Assembly: GCA_029889005.1 (NCBI GenBank)
Contig: GCA_029889005.1_4349.1
From: a phage
Reading direction: 5' to 3' (one strand)
Length of the DNA stretch: 44,477 nucleotides
Part shown: positions 34,932-43,172 of the stretch, piece by piece
Layout of the letters: every line of letters begins with the position of its first letter
How positions within the stretch are numbered: the stretch's first letter is position 1
The notes under the pieces: generated by a model
Database searches by the model: none
What the model saw: the letters and a program-made list of their open reading frames with translations, nothing else
Told to the model about the DNA's origin: nothing
Made by a program: the position numbers and the translations under genes

Positions 34932-36169
34932 TTCTAAAAGAACGAGGCGGCAATAATGATGTACACGCCTTACTGTCACCGTCAGGCGCTAAAAAGTGGC
35001 TGTCATGCGCTGCGTCGCTGGCGTGTGAAAAAGATATCCCTAACACGTCGGGTAAAGCCGCGGTATTAGGAACCGCCATGCACACCATAGCTGAGGTCCA
35101 TCTCAACGCCTATATACGCGGCACTGCGTTGCCGTTGGAGCGTGAAGTCGGCGCTTACGTACTGGATGAAGGCAAAGGTCAGATTAAGGCGCTAATCAGC
35201 CCGATGAAAGGCGCGGTACTGATTACGGCGGACATGATTGAGCAGGTGCGCAAGTACACCGACTACTGCAAAGCGATTATAGACGTAGCGACTTACGCCA
35301 AGCTGGAAATGCGTGTCAATCTTACTGAGGTATTGCATCCGGGGTATGAAGGCGTTGAGACGTTCGGAACCGCTGACCTCGTTGCTGTCCAGGAACTGGC
35401 AAACACCGACGAGCACATGCTCATTATCGGCGACCTGAAAACCGGGCGGCATCGCGTCGAAGCGAAAGAAAACAAGCAGCTTATGCTTTACGCTCTCGGT
35501 GTTTATCGTCGACTCAAGAGACGTTATAACATAACAACCGTTCGTCTGGTCATCTTCCAGCCTTACGCTGGGGGTGCGACAGAGTGGGGCATCTCGGTTG
35601 AAGGACTGGAACTGTTCGCTAAGTTCGCACAGAAACGCGCGCTGTTAGCGCTTGATGCGTATTTCCGTGGCAAGAAGAACCTGAAAGCGTCGGACTTCAA
35701 GCCATCGGTAGATGGTTGTCAGTGGTGCCGGTTCTCTGAACAATGCGCTGCGCGTACAAAGACGGTTAATTCTGTACTGGCGGAAGAACTGGAAGACGAC
35801 TTTGTGCTGGAACTGACGCCGGAGCAACTCGTAGCTGAGTATGAGAAGTTGCCGCTGTTGCGCCAGCACATCGACAAGGTTGAGAAAGCTATGGCGGCCG
35901 CGTTGCATTCAGGTAAGAAAGTTCCTGGTTACAAGTTGGTTGAGGGCCGCCCGGGCAATCGTGCGTGGAAAGACGCAGAGAAAGTGGCTGGCAAGTATGG
36001 CATAGCGCTAATGAAGCAAGTGCTCATGACGCCAACCGAAGCGGCTAAAGTCATACCGGAAGATGAACTGAAAGACTTCATTACACGTAAGCCAGGCGCA
36101 CCATGTGTCGCAACGGCAGATGACAAACGTCCTGAGTGGAATCAGGTTACAGAGGAGGATTTAGAATGA
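34913..36169 (+). CDS. PD-(D/E)XK Cas4/RecB-like exonuclease
   Basis: GTADLVAVQE ... IIGDLKTG nuclease motifs, N-terminal Cys plus C-terminal CQWCRFSEQC; likely start ATG ~34928 with GGGAGA RBS. Confidence 0.75.
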   Translation: MGEQSMILKERGGNNDVHALLSPSGAKKWLSCAASLACEKDIPNTSGKAAVLGTAMHTIAEVHLNAYIRGTALPLEREVGAYVLDEGKGQIKALISPMKGAVLITADMIEQVRKYTDYCKAIIDVATYAKLEMRVNLTEVLHPGYEGVETFGTADLVAVQELANTDEHMLIIGDLKTGRHRVEAKENKQLMLYALGVYRRLKRRYNITTVRLVIFQPYAGGATEWGISVEGLELFAKFAQKRALLALDAYFRGKKNLKASDFKPSVDGCQWCRFSEQCAARTKTVNSVLAEELEDDFVLELTPEQLVAEYEKLPLLRQHIDKVEKAMAAALHSGKKVPGYKLVEGRPGNRAWKDAEKVAGKYGIALMKQVLMTPTEAAKVIPEDELKDFITRKPGAPCVATADDKRPEWNQVTEEDLE

Positions 36170-36369
36170 TTCAAGTAAATGAAATGCCGACTGATAAAGA
36201 TTTTTTGATGGTATGGCGCTGGGATGGGTATCTACACTCGGAATCGTTCACGTTCTTGAACGGTACCATGATGCGATACGACCATGTGGAGGATGAATTC
36301 GAACCCGTTGATATGAATGATTTCGAGATCATAATCCCTATTGCAAAATTTTATTTGACACATGAATAG
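36136..36369 (+). CDS. Hypothetical protein
   Basis: Likely start ATG ~36166 with AGAGGAGG RBS overlapping nuclease stop. Confidence 0.4.
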   Translation: MESGYRGGFRMIQVNEMPTDKDFLMVWRWDGYLHSESFTFLNGTMMRYDHVEDEFEPVDMNDFEIIIPIAKFYLTHE

Positions 36370-36383
36370 TTAGCTATTATAGT
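36355..36383 (+). promoter_or_regulatory. Sigma70-like promoter, class B (TTGACA-N17-TATAGT)
   Basis: Spacer CATGAATAGTTAGCTAT contains the GAATAG-N4-CTAT palindrome; ~70 nt upstream of 36452 ATG. Confidence 0.55.
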
Positions 36384-36451
36384 TCTAATCACTGGCCGGG
36401 CAGCTTCCCGGAGTAAACTTTGAAATATAAACTGAAAAGCGAGAAATCACG

Positions 36452-37078
36452 ATGGGTATTAAACTGAATCTGCGTAAAGTAAACACTGCATGGGTTAACG
36501 TATTTGAACGTGAAAAAGACCGTGAAAACGATGATGGCTCAATCACTAAAGGCCAGTACAGCGCGACTATCATCCTGCCGTCTGACCATGCTCAAATCGA
36601 TGCACTCTACGACACCGTTTACGCTGTAGTTGAAGAAGCGTTAGGCGCAGCCGCTGCCGAGAAATGGATGAAGTCCAACTACGGTGAAGGTAAGCACATG
36701 GATAAATGCGCGATTAAAGACATTGCCGAGCGCGACAATCCGTTTGAAGACTTCCCGGAAGGCTTCTACTTCAAAGCGAAGGCACAGAAACAGCCGCTGA
36801 TTGTAACCTCTAAAAAAGGTGAGACTCAGGTAGAGCAGGACTTCAACGTAGACGGCGAACAGATTGAAGGTGAACAGGTTTACAGCGGATGCTTAGCTAA
36901 CGTAAGCGTTGAAATCTGGTTCAGCCAGAAATACAAAGTCCTCGGCGTTAACCTGCTGGCGATTAAATACGTTGGCGAAGGCAAAGCGTTCGGCGGTTCT
37001 AAAGTCGCTGCGAGCGTCAATGACCTGGAAGACGACGAAGAAGAGGAAGCACCGCGCCGCGAACGTCGCCGCCGCTAA
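36452..37078 (+). CDS. ssDNA-binding-like protein, putative
   Basis: 208 aa with acidic C-terminal tail (DLEDDEEEEAPRRERRRR); sits between nuclease and polymerase. Confidence 0.5.
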   Translation: MGIKLNLRKVNTAWVNVFEREKDRENDDGSITKGQYSATIILPSDHAQIDALYDTVYAVVEEALGAAAAEKWMKSNYGEGKHMDKCAIKDIAERDNPFEDFPEGFYFKAKAQKQPLIVTSKKGETQVEQDFNVDGEQIEGEQVYSGCLANVSVEIWFSQKYKVLGVNLLAIKYVGEGKAFGGSKVAASVNDLEDDEEEEAPRRERRRR

Positions 37079-37095
37079 TATCTGAATCAATTTAA

Positions 37096-37122
37096 CTAAG
37101 GCCCTTCATTGGGCCTTTTTAC
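37096..37122 (+). terminator. Intrinsic terminator
   Basis: AAGGCCC-TTCATT-GGGCCTT hairpin followed by TTT. Confidence 0.6.
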
Positions 37123-37137
37123 TAGGGGTCAAAAATA

Positions 37138-40100
37138 ATGAGTTACCTGTTCTTAGACTTTGAAACATTCTCAGAAGCCGATTTGAAGAAAGTCGGTTCT
37201 TACGCTTACGCCGAACACCCGTCAACCGAAGTGCTTATCTGTACATATGCTTTTGACGACGAACCTGTGCGGGTATGGGATTGCACCGACGGCAGCGACA
37301 TGCCGGGGGATTTACACCGCGCACTGCGCCGCCTTGTTAAGCCCAACAGCCGCATCAAGATGGTGTGGCACAACGGTGGACTTTTCGATCGCCTAATCAT
37401 GAAACACTGCTGGGACTTTGATATTCCGGTAAGTAACACCATTGATACTATGATTTGGGCGTTCCGTCACGCGCTGCCGGGTTCTCTTGATGCGCTGTGC
37501 GAAGTGCTGGGCGTGTCTGCAGACAACGCGAAAGATAAACGCGGAAAGGCTCTGATTAAGCGTTTCTCTAAACCGACGCCGAAGAACTACAAAATCCGCC
37601 GCTACACCGCAGAAACTCACCCTGACGAGTGGGCGATGTTCATCAGGTACGCCGTGAGCGACATCACTGCGATGCGTGAAGTCTTCCATAAGCTGCCGCG
37701 TTGGGGTAACTCCGAGTTCGAAGACCGTGTACTGGAACTTGACCAGTTAATCAACGACCGCGGATTTAAGGTTGACGTCGCACTGGCGGAAGCCGCGATT
37801 GAAGCCGTAGAGAAGCACAAGGCACAGTTACAGGAAGAAGCTCAACGTAAATACGGCGGCTCGCTTACCGGTAAAGACTTCCTTCCGATTCTGCGTGAAC
37901 TTGCGCCCGCGCACCGCATACACAATGCACAGAAGTCGACGCTTAACGACCTGTTGGCAGATGATGATTTACCGGACGACGCCCGGATGATTATCGAAAT
38001 GCGCCTCGGGGCCGCGTCAACAGCGTCCACGAAATATAACCCGCTGCTGTTAGGCCGCTCGTCGGACGACCGACGCCGCGGTTGTATCCAGTACGGCGGA
38101 GCCAAGCGTACATTACGATTTGCCGGTAAAGGCTTTCAGCCGCAGAACCTCGCGCGGGGGTACTATCACGATGATGAACTGGATAAAGGTATTTCAGCGT
38201 TACTTAAGGGCCGCGCGCATCGCCGTTTCGATGTCGCTAAGCTAACGGCATCGACGGTGCGTAGCTGCATTATCCCGGAAGCCGGAAAAAAGTTTGTCGT
38301 CGCCGATTACTCTAACGTTGAAGGTCGGGGGCTTGCGTGGCTGGCAGGCGAAGAAACCGCGCTCGATACATTCCGTGCGGGATTGGATATTTACTGCGTA
38401 ACAGCAGGTAAGATGTTCGGCATGGACCCTGATTACATCAAGAAAGAACGTAAAGACTTACGCCAGATTGGTAAAGCCTGTCTTCACCGCCATACCCAAG
38501 TTTTGACCGATGGCGGATTTAAGGATATTATGGCGGTCGCATCAACAGATAAAGTATGGAGTGGTGAAAAATGGGTGAATACAAAAGGCGCGCACCTTAT
38601 GGGGTGGAAACCGGTGATAAATGTGGACGGAGTGCTAATGACCGAAGACCACAAAATATTGACGCATTCCTGGAAGCAGGCAAAGCAACTCGTTTCAAAC
38701 AAATATATGATGGACCGCGCCCTGGAGATAGGTATGGACGCCTGGTTATCCTGCGCGAGTTACCAAAACGACAAGGTCATAGACAACTACTTGCTCAATG
38801 TGATTGCGGAGAGATTCCGGGGCGCGTCGGGTACGACAATGTTAGAAGGGGTAAAACCACTCAATGCAACCGCTGCGCACTTGAAGCAACAAAAAAATAT
38901 CGTAAACAGTATTTCTGCTACGAAGACGCAATGCCGGACGACGGGCACAGAGCGCGATTGCTCAACCGGTTATCTGCGGCAATATCGCGAACAACAAAAC
39001 CTAACGACAAAGGCTATAAAAACTATGGTGCCAGAGGGATTACCGTATGCGAAAAGTGGAAGGCCGATAGAAGGGCGTTTCTTCTCTATGTTCAAACTCT
39101 GGAAGGCTGGGATGACCCAAAACTCGAAATGGACAGAATCGACACAGACGGTAACTACGAACCTGGAAACATTCGGTTTGTCAGCCGTTCTGAAAACTGC
39201 CGTAACAGACGGCAAATACCTGAGCTTCAACGAAAGTATGATGCAGCCGTTGCCCGCATTGCTGAGCTTGAACGGGAAATTAACCTACTGCGAGCCGGTT
39301 TACGACCTGATTGATGTGGAAGACGGAAACCGTTTTCTTATAGCCTCCGACTCTGGCTTTCTTGTGGCGCATAACTGCGAACTTGGACTCGGCTACGCCG
39401 GGGGTGTCGGTGCTTTCGTTCAGTTCGCCAAGAACCTCGGCCTTGACCTTGTAGATATGGCAAAAACAATGGATGGGACTTTCCCTGACCACATCTGGGC
39501 CGCTACCGCGCGCGGGTACGAGTGGGCGCGTATTCAGGAAGCCAAGCGACCACCGCGTCCGGGTGAAAAGGATGACCGACCATCATATATTCTTGATAAG
39601 AAAGTCTGGCGTACATGCGACGCAATTAAGCGTATGTGGCGGGAGTCCCACCCGGAAACAGTAGCTTTCTGGCGTGATATTGAAGACGCAGCTATGGCAG
39701 CAATCCGTAATCCGGGGAAAGAGTTCACCGCTGGCCCTCGCGGGGTTAAGTTTTCTCGCAACGTAGAAACAGACAACAACGGCAACAAAGTCGCTGGTTG
39801 GTGGTTGCGCATGACGTTGCCGTCAGGTCGCGTTATGTCATACCCGGGCGTCGGGTTGAGCGTGTCAAAAGAGACAGACGAAGACGGAAAAGTTTCTACT
39901 AACGTGCGCATCAAGTATCAGGGTGAAAATCAGTTAACCAGGCAGTGGGGCTTCCAGTACACCTACTCCGGTAAACTGGTGGAAAACTGCACTCAGGCAC
40001 TGTGCCGTGACTTGCTGGCTAATGCGCTACTTAACGTTGAAGCAAACGGCTACCCGATTGTACTTCACGTACACGATGAGATTATCTGCGAGACACCAGA

Positions 40101-40215
40101 TTTACCAGAATACAATGTTGCAGAGCTTGAGCGATTGATGTGCGAATTACCAGAATGGGCGGAGGGGTTCCCTCTTGTAGCGGAAGGTCAGGAGTTAAAA
40201 CGCTATGCTAAGTAA
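37138..40215 (+). CDS. Family A (Pol I-like) DNA polymerase with 3'-5' exonuclease domain, interrupted by an intein
   Basis: Exo motif FLDFETFSE; motif A VVADYSNVEGRGLAW; motif B split as RQIGKA | intein | CELGLGYAGG; motif C VLHVHDEIICE. Confidence 0.9.
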   Translation: MSYLFLDFETFSEADLKKVGSYAYAEHPSTEVLICTYAFDDEPVRVWDCTDGSDMPGDLHRALRRLVKPNSRIKMVWHNGGLFDRLIMKHCWDFDIPVSNTIDTMIWAFRHALPGSLDALCEVLGVSADNAKDKRGKALIKRFSKPTPKNYKIRRYTAETHPDEWAMFIRYAVSDITAMREVFHKLPRWGNSEFEDRVLELDQLINDRGFKVDVALAEAAIEAVEKHKAQLQEEAQRKYGGSLTGKDFLPILRELAPAHRIHNAQKSTLNDLLADDDLPDDARMIIEMRLGAASTASTKYNPLLLGRSSDDRRRGCIQYGGAKRTLRFAGKGFQPQNLARGYYHDDELDKGISALLKGRAHRRFDVAKLTASTVRSCIIPEAGKKFVVADYSNVEGRGLAWLAGEETALDTFRAGLDIYCVTAGKMFGMDPDYIKKERKDLRQIGKACLHRHTQVLTDGGFKDIMAVASTDKVWSGEKWVNTKGAHLMGWKPVINVDGVLMTEDHKILTHSWKQAKQLVSNKYMMDRALEIGMDAWLSCASYQNDKVIDNYLLNVIAERFRGASGTTMLEGVKPLNATAAHLKQQKNIVNSISATKTQCRTTGTERDCSTGYLRQYREQQNLTTKAIKTMVPEGLPYAKSGRPIEGRFFSMFKLWKAGMTQNSKWTESTQTVTTNLETFGLSAVLKTAVTDGKYLSFNESMMQPLPALLSLNGKLTYCEPVYDLIDVEDGNRFLIASDSGFLVAHNCELGLGYAGGVGAFVQFAKNLGLDLVDMAKTMDGTFPDHIWAATARGYEWARIQEAKRPPRPGEKDDRPSYILDKKVWRTCDAIKRMWRESHPETVAFWRDIEDAAMAAIRNPGKEFTAGPRGVKFSRNVETDNNGNKVAGWWLRMTLPSGRVMSYPGVGLSVSKETDEDGKVSTNVRIKYQGENQLTRQWGFQYTYSGKLVENCTQALCRDLLANALLNVEANGYPIVLHVHDEIICETPDLPEYNVAELERLMCELPEWAEGFPLVAEGQELKRYAK
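38479..39375 (+). mobile_element. Intein (299 aa) inserted in polymerase motif B
   Basis: N-terminal CLHRHTQVLTDGG (block A) and GVLMTEDHKILT (block B); C-terminal VYDLIDVEDGNRFLIASDSGFLVAHN then +1 Cys. Confidence 0.8.
38571..39314 (+). CDS. HNH homing endonuclease encoded inside the intein in a different reading frame
   Basis: 247 aa ORF out of frame with the polymerase; ATG directly follows an in-frame TGA with GGTGA 4 nt upstream; motifs RYGRLVILREL ... CDCG ... CNRC, YKNYGARGITVCEKW, LEMDRIDTDGNYEPGNIRFVSRSEN. Confidence 0.75.
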   Translation: MGEYKRRAPYGVETGDKCGRSANDRRPQNIDAFLEAGKATRFKQIYDGPRPGDRYGRLVILRELPKRQGHRQLLAQCDCGEIPGRVGYDNVRRGKTTQCNRCALEATKKYRKQYFCYEDAMPDDGHRARLLNRLSAAISRTTKPNDKGYKNYGARGITVCEKWKADRRAFLLYVQTLEGWDDPKLEMDRIDTDGNYEPGNIRFVSRSENCRNRRQIPELQRKYDAAVARIAELEREINLLRAGLRPD

Positions 40216-40567
40216 ACTGATTATCGCGGTACTGGCGGGATTTGCCGCAGGTGTCTACTGTCACGAGGGTCAATACGGCATGATGGTTGCCATATTGGGC
40301 ATGTTCATCGCAATTTATCTGTGGGTGCTGGAATGAAAATTTACCGGTTCTACGAAGAAGACTGCCGAATCTGTCCGCGCTGCGGGATTGAGCATACGAA
40401 ACGTGAGAGGTGTGTATTATGACAATGTTTGTATTTAGGACCATAGTAACCATGCTCGCACTGTTACTCGGCGCGGGAATAGCTGCGATGTTCTGTTACG
40501 GCCTGTTCTTTAAGTTTGTTGGCGTTGCCGTTCTCGGAGGAGCGTTTATAACCTGGGTTCTGCGCTC

Positions 40568-40852
40568 ATGACCCCGGAAGGCAAGATTCAGAAATACGCA
40601 AAAGAGCAATTCGAGGCCATTGGCGGCCTCGTTCGTAAACTTTCGTACGAGGGGCGCTCCGGCGCCCCTGACCTGCTGGTAATTCTCCCCGGCGGCATCG
40701 TCTGGTTCGTCGAGGTTAAGAAAGACGAAAACACGAAGCCAGACCCGCACCAGTTACGTGAGCATGAGCGGATGCGTAAACGCGGTGCAAATGTTTTTGT
40801 CGTTGGTTCGTTTAAACAGGTTGACGACCTAATAGCAAACTATTATAGTTAG
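40568..40852 (+). CDS. VRR-NUC domain nuclease
   Basis: GAPDLLVIL ... WFVEVK PD-(D/E)XK-type motif in a 94 aa protein. Confidence 0.7.
   Translation: MTPEGKIQKYAKEQFEAIGGLVRKLSYEGRSGAPDLLVILPGGIVWFVEVKKDENTKPDPHQLREHERMRKRGANVFVVGSFKQVDDLIANYYS
40821..40849 (+). promoter_or_regulatory. Sigma70-like promoter, class B (TTGACG-N17-TATAGT)
   Basis: Lies in 3' end of VRR-NUC gene; predicted leader ACACCAAC ... TAAGGAATT ... ATG matches leader of 7879 gene. Confidence 0.5.
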
Positions 40853-40882
40853 CCATACACCAACAATATAAGGAATTGAGAA

Positions 40883-41074
40883 ATGAAACACGAATATGAC
40901 CGCAAGCCAGCACGTGACATCGTACCTGGCGACATGATTTTCAACGTTAAGACCCGCCAGCCTGTTGCCGTTGATACGGTGTTCGTCGAGTCGAACGGTA
41001 AACTGGTTATCGAAGATGTAACTGGTAACGTTACGGCGTTCGGGCGTAAAGAGCTGGTGCTGGTGGCAAAATGA
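40883..41074 (+). CDS. Small protein, hypothetical
   Basis: 63 aa; AAGGAATT RBS; weak similarity to 18014..18226 product. Confidence 0.45.
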   Translation: MKHEYDRKPARDIVPGDMIFNVKTRQPVAVDTVFVESNGKLVIEDVTGNVTAFGRKELVLVAK

Positions 41075-42495
41075 GTAAGTTTCAAAGGCGCGAATACCAG
41101 AAGCTCATGACTTCGTTCATGCTGCAACACCCTCGCTGTAATATCTGGTGTGGCATGGGAGGGGGTAAAACCTCCTCTACTATGTGGGTGTTAAACCGCT
41201 TGTTCCGCAACGGGCAGCTTACAGAAGAGGACCGCGTGTTAATCCTCGCCCCGTTGCGTGTTGCGTCGGGTACGTGGCCTGCAGAACAAGAGAAATGGAA
41301 CTTCCCTTGTCTGCGTGTCGTCGATGCGACCGGTTCGGAGAAGCGCCGCATCGCGGCGCTGGAGTCAGACGCTAACGTGGTGTGCACTAACTACGAAGTT
41401 ATCGAGTGGCTAATTGACTACTACGGCAAAGACGACTGGCCTTTTACGGTTATCGTTGCCGATGAAAGCACGAAGCTTAAATCGTTCCGCAGCCGTTCGG
41501 GTGGTAGCAAGCGGGCAAAGGCGCTCAGCAAGGTTGCGTTCGGAAAGGTTAAGCGTTTCATCAACCTGACAGGCACACCGTCACCAAACGGCCTCAAAGA
41601 CTTGTGGGGTCAGAACTGGTTTATCGACGCTGGCGAGCGCCTCGGCTCTTCGTACACAGCATTCACCGACCGCTGGTTTAACTCGGTACAGAAAGGTAAA
41701 TCGGCCATGGCCCGCGAGTATCATGCACGACCGGGTGCGGATAATGAGATTCATCAGAAGATGAAAGACATCAGCCTGACCATAGACCCTGCCGAGTGGT
41801 TTGGTTGTGAAGCGCCTGTTATCGTACCGGTGGAAATAGACCTGCCGAAGAAAGCGCGTCAGGCGTACATAGATATGGAGGAGAAGTTATTCGCAGAACT
41901 GGAGAGCGGGGAAGTTGAAGCGGCTAACGCTGCGGCGAAGACCTCAAAGTGCTTGCAGATTGCATCTGGTGCTGTATATGTAACCGGGCCAGACGGCGAA
42001 GCAACCAAAGAATGGGAGAAAGTGCACGACACGAAACTGGATGCGCTCGAGTCGATTGTTGAGGAGTTGCAGGGTGCGCCGTTGCTGGTAGCCTATCAGT
42101 TTAAACACGAACTGGAGCGTATCCTTAAGCGATTCCCACAGGCACAGGCGTTCGCCAAAGGCGCTAGGGGGAACAAGCAGATGGAAGCGTGGAACCGTGG
42201 GGAAATCGAGATTTTATGCGTGCATCCTGCGTCAGCCGGGCATGGTTTGAATTTACAGGACGGGGGTCATCATCTGGCGTTCGTCTCGCAAGGCTGGAAC
42301 CTTGAGCACTATTTGCAGGTTGTTGAGCGCATAGGTCCAACACGCCAGAAACAGGCGGGTCACGAGCGCCCGGTGTTCCTTTATCACATCGTTGCTAAAG
42401 ACACTCTGGACGAGGTTGTCGCCGCGCGTACCGACGAGAAGAAATCGGTACAGGAAGAGTTGCTTAATTACATGAAGAGACGAGGTAAGAAATGA
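41071..42495 (+). CDS. SNF2-family helicase
   Basis: Walker A GMGGGKT, DExx box VIVADEST, LTGTPSPNGLKDLW motif, C-terminal helicase domain. Confidence 0.8.
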   Translation: MSKFQRREYQKLMTSFMLQHPRCNIWCGMGGGKTSSTMWVLNRLFRNGQLTEEDRVLILAPLRVASGTWPAEQEKWNFPCLRVVDATGSEKRRIAALESDANVVCTNYEVIEWLIDYYGKDDWPFTVIVADESTKLKSFRSRSGGSKRAKALSKVAFGKVKRFINLTGTPSPNGLKDLWGQNWFIDAGERLGSSYTAFTDRWFNSVQKGKSAMAREYHARPGADNEIHQKMKDISLTIDPAEWFGCEAPVIVPVEIDLPKKARQAYIDMEEKLFAELESGEVEAANAAAKTSKCLQIASGAVYVTGPDGEATKEWEKVHDTKLDALESIVEELQGAPLLVAYQFKHELERILKRFPQAQAFAKGARGNKQMEAWNRGEIEILCVHPASAGHGLNLQDGGHHLAFVSQGWNLEHYLQVVERIGPTRQKQAGHERPVFLYHIVAKDTLDEVVAARTDEKKSVQEELLNYMKRRGKK

Positions 42496-43007
42496 TGGAT
42501 TTCGAAGAGTTTCTACTTAAAGCTCATCTGCTGGCGCGTGGGTTTGACGCTGACCGTCTCCAGGTAGTCTTAGCCCCTGGAGTAGCTACGTTTTACCTGT
42601 GGGGGTTTGACGGTAGGCTTCGCGGATACCAGCATTACAAACCACATGCCGAAAAGAACTGTAAAAACCCTAAAGACGCGCGGTACTTTACCAGAACAAC
42701 AAGGCCGTGTTTATGGGGGCTTGAGTATTTGCCGGAAAGCGGGGTGGTATTTGTTACCGAAAGCATATTCAAAGCCGTAGCCTTGATGAATTGCGGGTTC
42801 AATGCTGTAAGCGCACTGGGGTCAAATATATCAACAGACCTACGGCAGCAAATGTCACTTTTGCCGTATGACTGGGTGTGCGCTGGCGACAATGATAAAG
42901 CTGGATTAAAGTTCAGCAAAACATTCACCAGAGGATTTGTATCTAACGACCTTGATGAACTTTGTGAAGAAGAAATAACGTATCTTGCGAGGAAATTTAC
43001 CAGATGA
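42492..43007 (+). CDS. Toprim-domain protein
   Basis: VFVTESIFKAVALMNCGFNAVSALG and CAGDNDKAG match Toprim E and DxD motifs. Confidence 0.6.
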   Translation: MMDFEEFLLKAHLLARGFDADRLQVVLAPGVATFYLWGFDGRLRGYQHYKPHAEKNCKNPKDARYFTRTTRPCLWGLEYLPESGVVFVTESIFKAVALMNCGFNAVSALGSNISTDLRQQMSLLPYDWVCAGDNDKAGLKFSKTFTRGFVSNDLDELCEEEITYLARKFTR

Positions 43008-43142
43008 ACATCATAGCCCCAATTCCGGCATTGCAAAAACGTATCAAGGAACTCGAAGAAGAGGTTCTGCGGCTACGTCAGCAAAGAGACGCCGCTAATG
43101 CGCAACTGGCGTTTGTACTGGAGAAGTTATCAGAAGAGTAGA

Positions 43143-43172
43143 GAAAAGGCCCCGTTTGGGGCCTTAGTTTAT
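43143..43172. terminator. Bidirectional intrinsic terminator
   Basis: AAGGCCCC-GTTT-GGGGCCTT hairpin with T-runs on both strands between convergent gene ends. Confidence 0.7.

Noticed and set aside
38571-39314. Explaining the out-of-frame HNH ORF as a sequencing frameshift
   Set aside because: Both frames are open across the whole region and the HNH ORF has its own start directly after a stop; a simple indel would close one frame. Not fully excluded without resequencing.
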